Positions 61,881 to 64,000 of a DNA stretch of 64,000 bases are shown in pieces. How positions within the stretch are numbered: the stretch's first letter is position 1; each line of letters begins with the position of its first letter. Below the pieces are notes generated by a model, which saw only the letters and a program-made list of their open reading frames with translations, was not told the DNA's origin and ran no database searches. The position numbers were made by a program, and so were the translations under genes. The DNA is from Felis catus (Eukaryota): positions 106,084,001-106,148,000 of the forward strand of contig NC_058373.1 in assembly GCF_018350175.1 (NCBI RefSeq), read 5' to 3'.

Positions 61881-63101
61881 CCAAGTTTTTAATCATTCTT
61901 TTCAAGGTGTCTCTCTCACTTCTCTGGTTGTTGGTAGATGTAGATTATTTTGAAACCTGGACACAAATTGAGAGTGTGCTGCTTTAGAACAATGCTGCTC
62001 TTCTGCTAAAACTCATAGCCACATTTATTTTGGAACAGCCAGGACCAGATGGATACTATAATTGCCTTGATTCCATAATTATTTGGGGATGGGCTCAAAT
62101 CTCACATTCTCTCAGGCACTGGGGCCTTCTACTTCCTCTAAGAAAAAAAGTGAATGCTTTGCCAGCCCTGGATCCTCTGGCTGGTGTTAAAGTGAGTTTT
62201 GGGGGGAATGACATTAACTTTTTCATGGGAATGATGGAATTGGCCGGCACCCTCTTTCTGCCTTCCAGTTTTGCTGGGGTCCTTACTGGGCCTGGGAAGG
62301 GGAATCCAATGAAGCATGAGTTAAGGCAGCATGAGTGCTTCCCCGGGGCCCAGTCAGCCAGCAGGCCTCTGTTCTACCTTGATGCAAACACTCCTCCTAA
62401 ACATTTACTTGTGCTTTCAAACCCAAATTCCAATGGGAACATAAAATATATCATTCCAAAAGAGATTACCCCCCCCCCCCAACTAATTCTTTCTACCACA
62501 CACAGAGAGAAAGAAAACCACACGCAAGCCAATAGCATGGAACTTCTCCAGAGAGCCTCTGACCACCATGTTTGAAGCCCTCAAATATAGCCGTGGGGAT
62601 CACAGTATTTGGGGAGGAACATGTGCAGAGTGAAGACACATGAATGTGTTTTGTTTTGGTTCTCTTTTCACCAGACCTATCCTTGACTTTTCACAGATTT
62701 CCCAGCAGAAGAATCGGGATGGATGACAACATGGGAGAAAAAGGTTCCACTGTGGTCAGTTTGTGTTCTGCCAAAGAGCTGTTTGCATACACGTGGATAG
62801 GCAGCAGTGAGCCCCAGTTGGCTCACACAGTGGGTGGGGAGGTCATGCTGCTCCCTGGGAGCTGGGATTGAGTGACCTCTGTCTTTCGATCCCCTGGGAG
62901 GATGCGGCTCACGTTGGCTCATGTCCTGCCGCAGGCTGTCACCTCAGATGGCCTCACTGAGGCAAACTTGAGTTACTGGCTGGTTTGCATAGCCTGGCTG
63001 CATAATGTCCCCTCGTGTCTCCCCTCCAGGGAGGGGACTCTGTTGACTCTGGCACTGTCACCACTAGGCTATGAAAATTACTAGGAAAAGTGTAATAGAG
63101 A

Positions 63102-63140
63102 TTCCTTCCTTCCTTCCTTCCTTCCTTCCTTCCTTTCTTT

Positions 63141-63172
<32 letters not shown>

Positions 63173-63173
63173 T
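63102..63173 (+). repeat. Compound (CCTT)n(CTTT)n microsatellite
   Basis: Direct read. Confidence 0.93.
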
Positions 63174-64000
63174 CAACATGATAACTTTTTTACCCTTGCT
63201 CAAAAAGTCCTTAATGAAAAGGCAAGAGGGCCCGATTATGGGAAAAAAAAAGCTAAAATCCTAGTGTCTCCAGGGGAATTTTCAATTTTCTTCCAGAGGA
63301 ATACAAGATGACAGTGTGACTCATGCTCCCTGGGAATGGTTTATTCTCTAATAATTAATCTACAAGCACAAAATCAGACTGTGTGTAAGCATTTTGCGTG
63401 TATTCGTGATCACTGTTAGACATTACAAGTATATTACATTTACATCTAAGATATTGCAGCCACATTACAAGAGCCTTTACTTCGTTTTACTCCTTCTTCC
63501 ACACTACAGCCCTCCTGCCTGACACGTAGAAGGACAGCTGACGCACTGGTCCTACGTGAAAGGAAACTGTGTTCCAGACTGTAGGTGAGAAATGTTTTAA
63601 CCATTTCTAAATTAGTAAGAGATACAATTTTCACTCTTAAAAGGGAGAGCTTGCAGTCGTTCACTGTAAAGAAACAATACAGTTAAAAAAGAACACACGC
63701 TGGCTTTTGAATGTATTTGTATATAAATATAGGTATTTGTTTCTAATTCTGAATTTAGTGTTTGTCTAGGACTTGGGGAAGTCATTTCCTGTCAAATAAC
63801 CTGTAAAACGGATCAGGTTGATTTCGCATTTCTTTTAAGCAAAGAAAACCTTTTTAAAATGAAATCTTGCTTAAAAGCCTGATACGTAAAATAGGCTTAA
63901 AAACAATGGAAGGGCTTTGGCAGAAGCAGAGGTTAGAGCTGTTGAGCCTAGCTCTCTTGGCTGTCCTGTCCACCTCAGAGTGACTCCAAGGACACTCAGG

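Noticed and set aside
62030..62575. Longest ORF in the track (181 aa)
   Set aside because: TTG start, no recognisable domain or splice context; consistent with chance in intergenic DNA
741..63664. The other ORF-track entries
   Set aside because: Apart from those overlapping DAAM1 exons (10551, 18633, 28513, 33543) they are SINE, L1, L2 or microsatellite translations, or short random frames
36400..64000. A neighbouring gene or processed pseudogene downstream of DAAM1
   Set aside because: No recognisable coding exons on either strand and no CpG-island promoter; non-coding exons cannot be excluded by eye
1..64000. CRISPR array, operon or other prokaryote-type novel system
   Set aside because: Sequence is clearly mammalian; no spaced repeat arrays or dense gene clusters

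Overview
Mammalian genomic DNA from a felid (cat family), judged from about 21 carnivore tRNA-derived Can-SINEs, two of them young SINEC_Fc-type copies, and carnivore L1 3' ends. Positions 1-~36,330 hold the 3' half of DAAM1 (Dishevelled-associated activator of morphogenesis 1, a Diaphanous-related formin) on the + strand. I read 11 coding exons by hand (1812-33758; 1269 nt = 422 aa + stop). All introns are GT-AG and the phases join into one open frame covering the FH2 domain, the DAD and the basic C-terminal tail. The first exon in the window is a 30-nt in-frame microexon (DFFVNSNSKQ) missed by the ORF track, with a neural-microexon-type acceptor. A ~2.55 kb 3'UTR with several poly(A) signals follows. 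The remaining ~27 kb looks intergenic: SINE, L1, L2, MIR, MaLR LTR and hAT MITE remnants, microsatellites and a few possible enhancer-like stretches. Nearly all ORF-track entries are spurious. I found no convincing previously undescribed system; the best leads concern splicing and 3'UTR regulation and transposon history. Repeat family names are recognised from memory of consensus sequences, not from a search.
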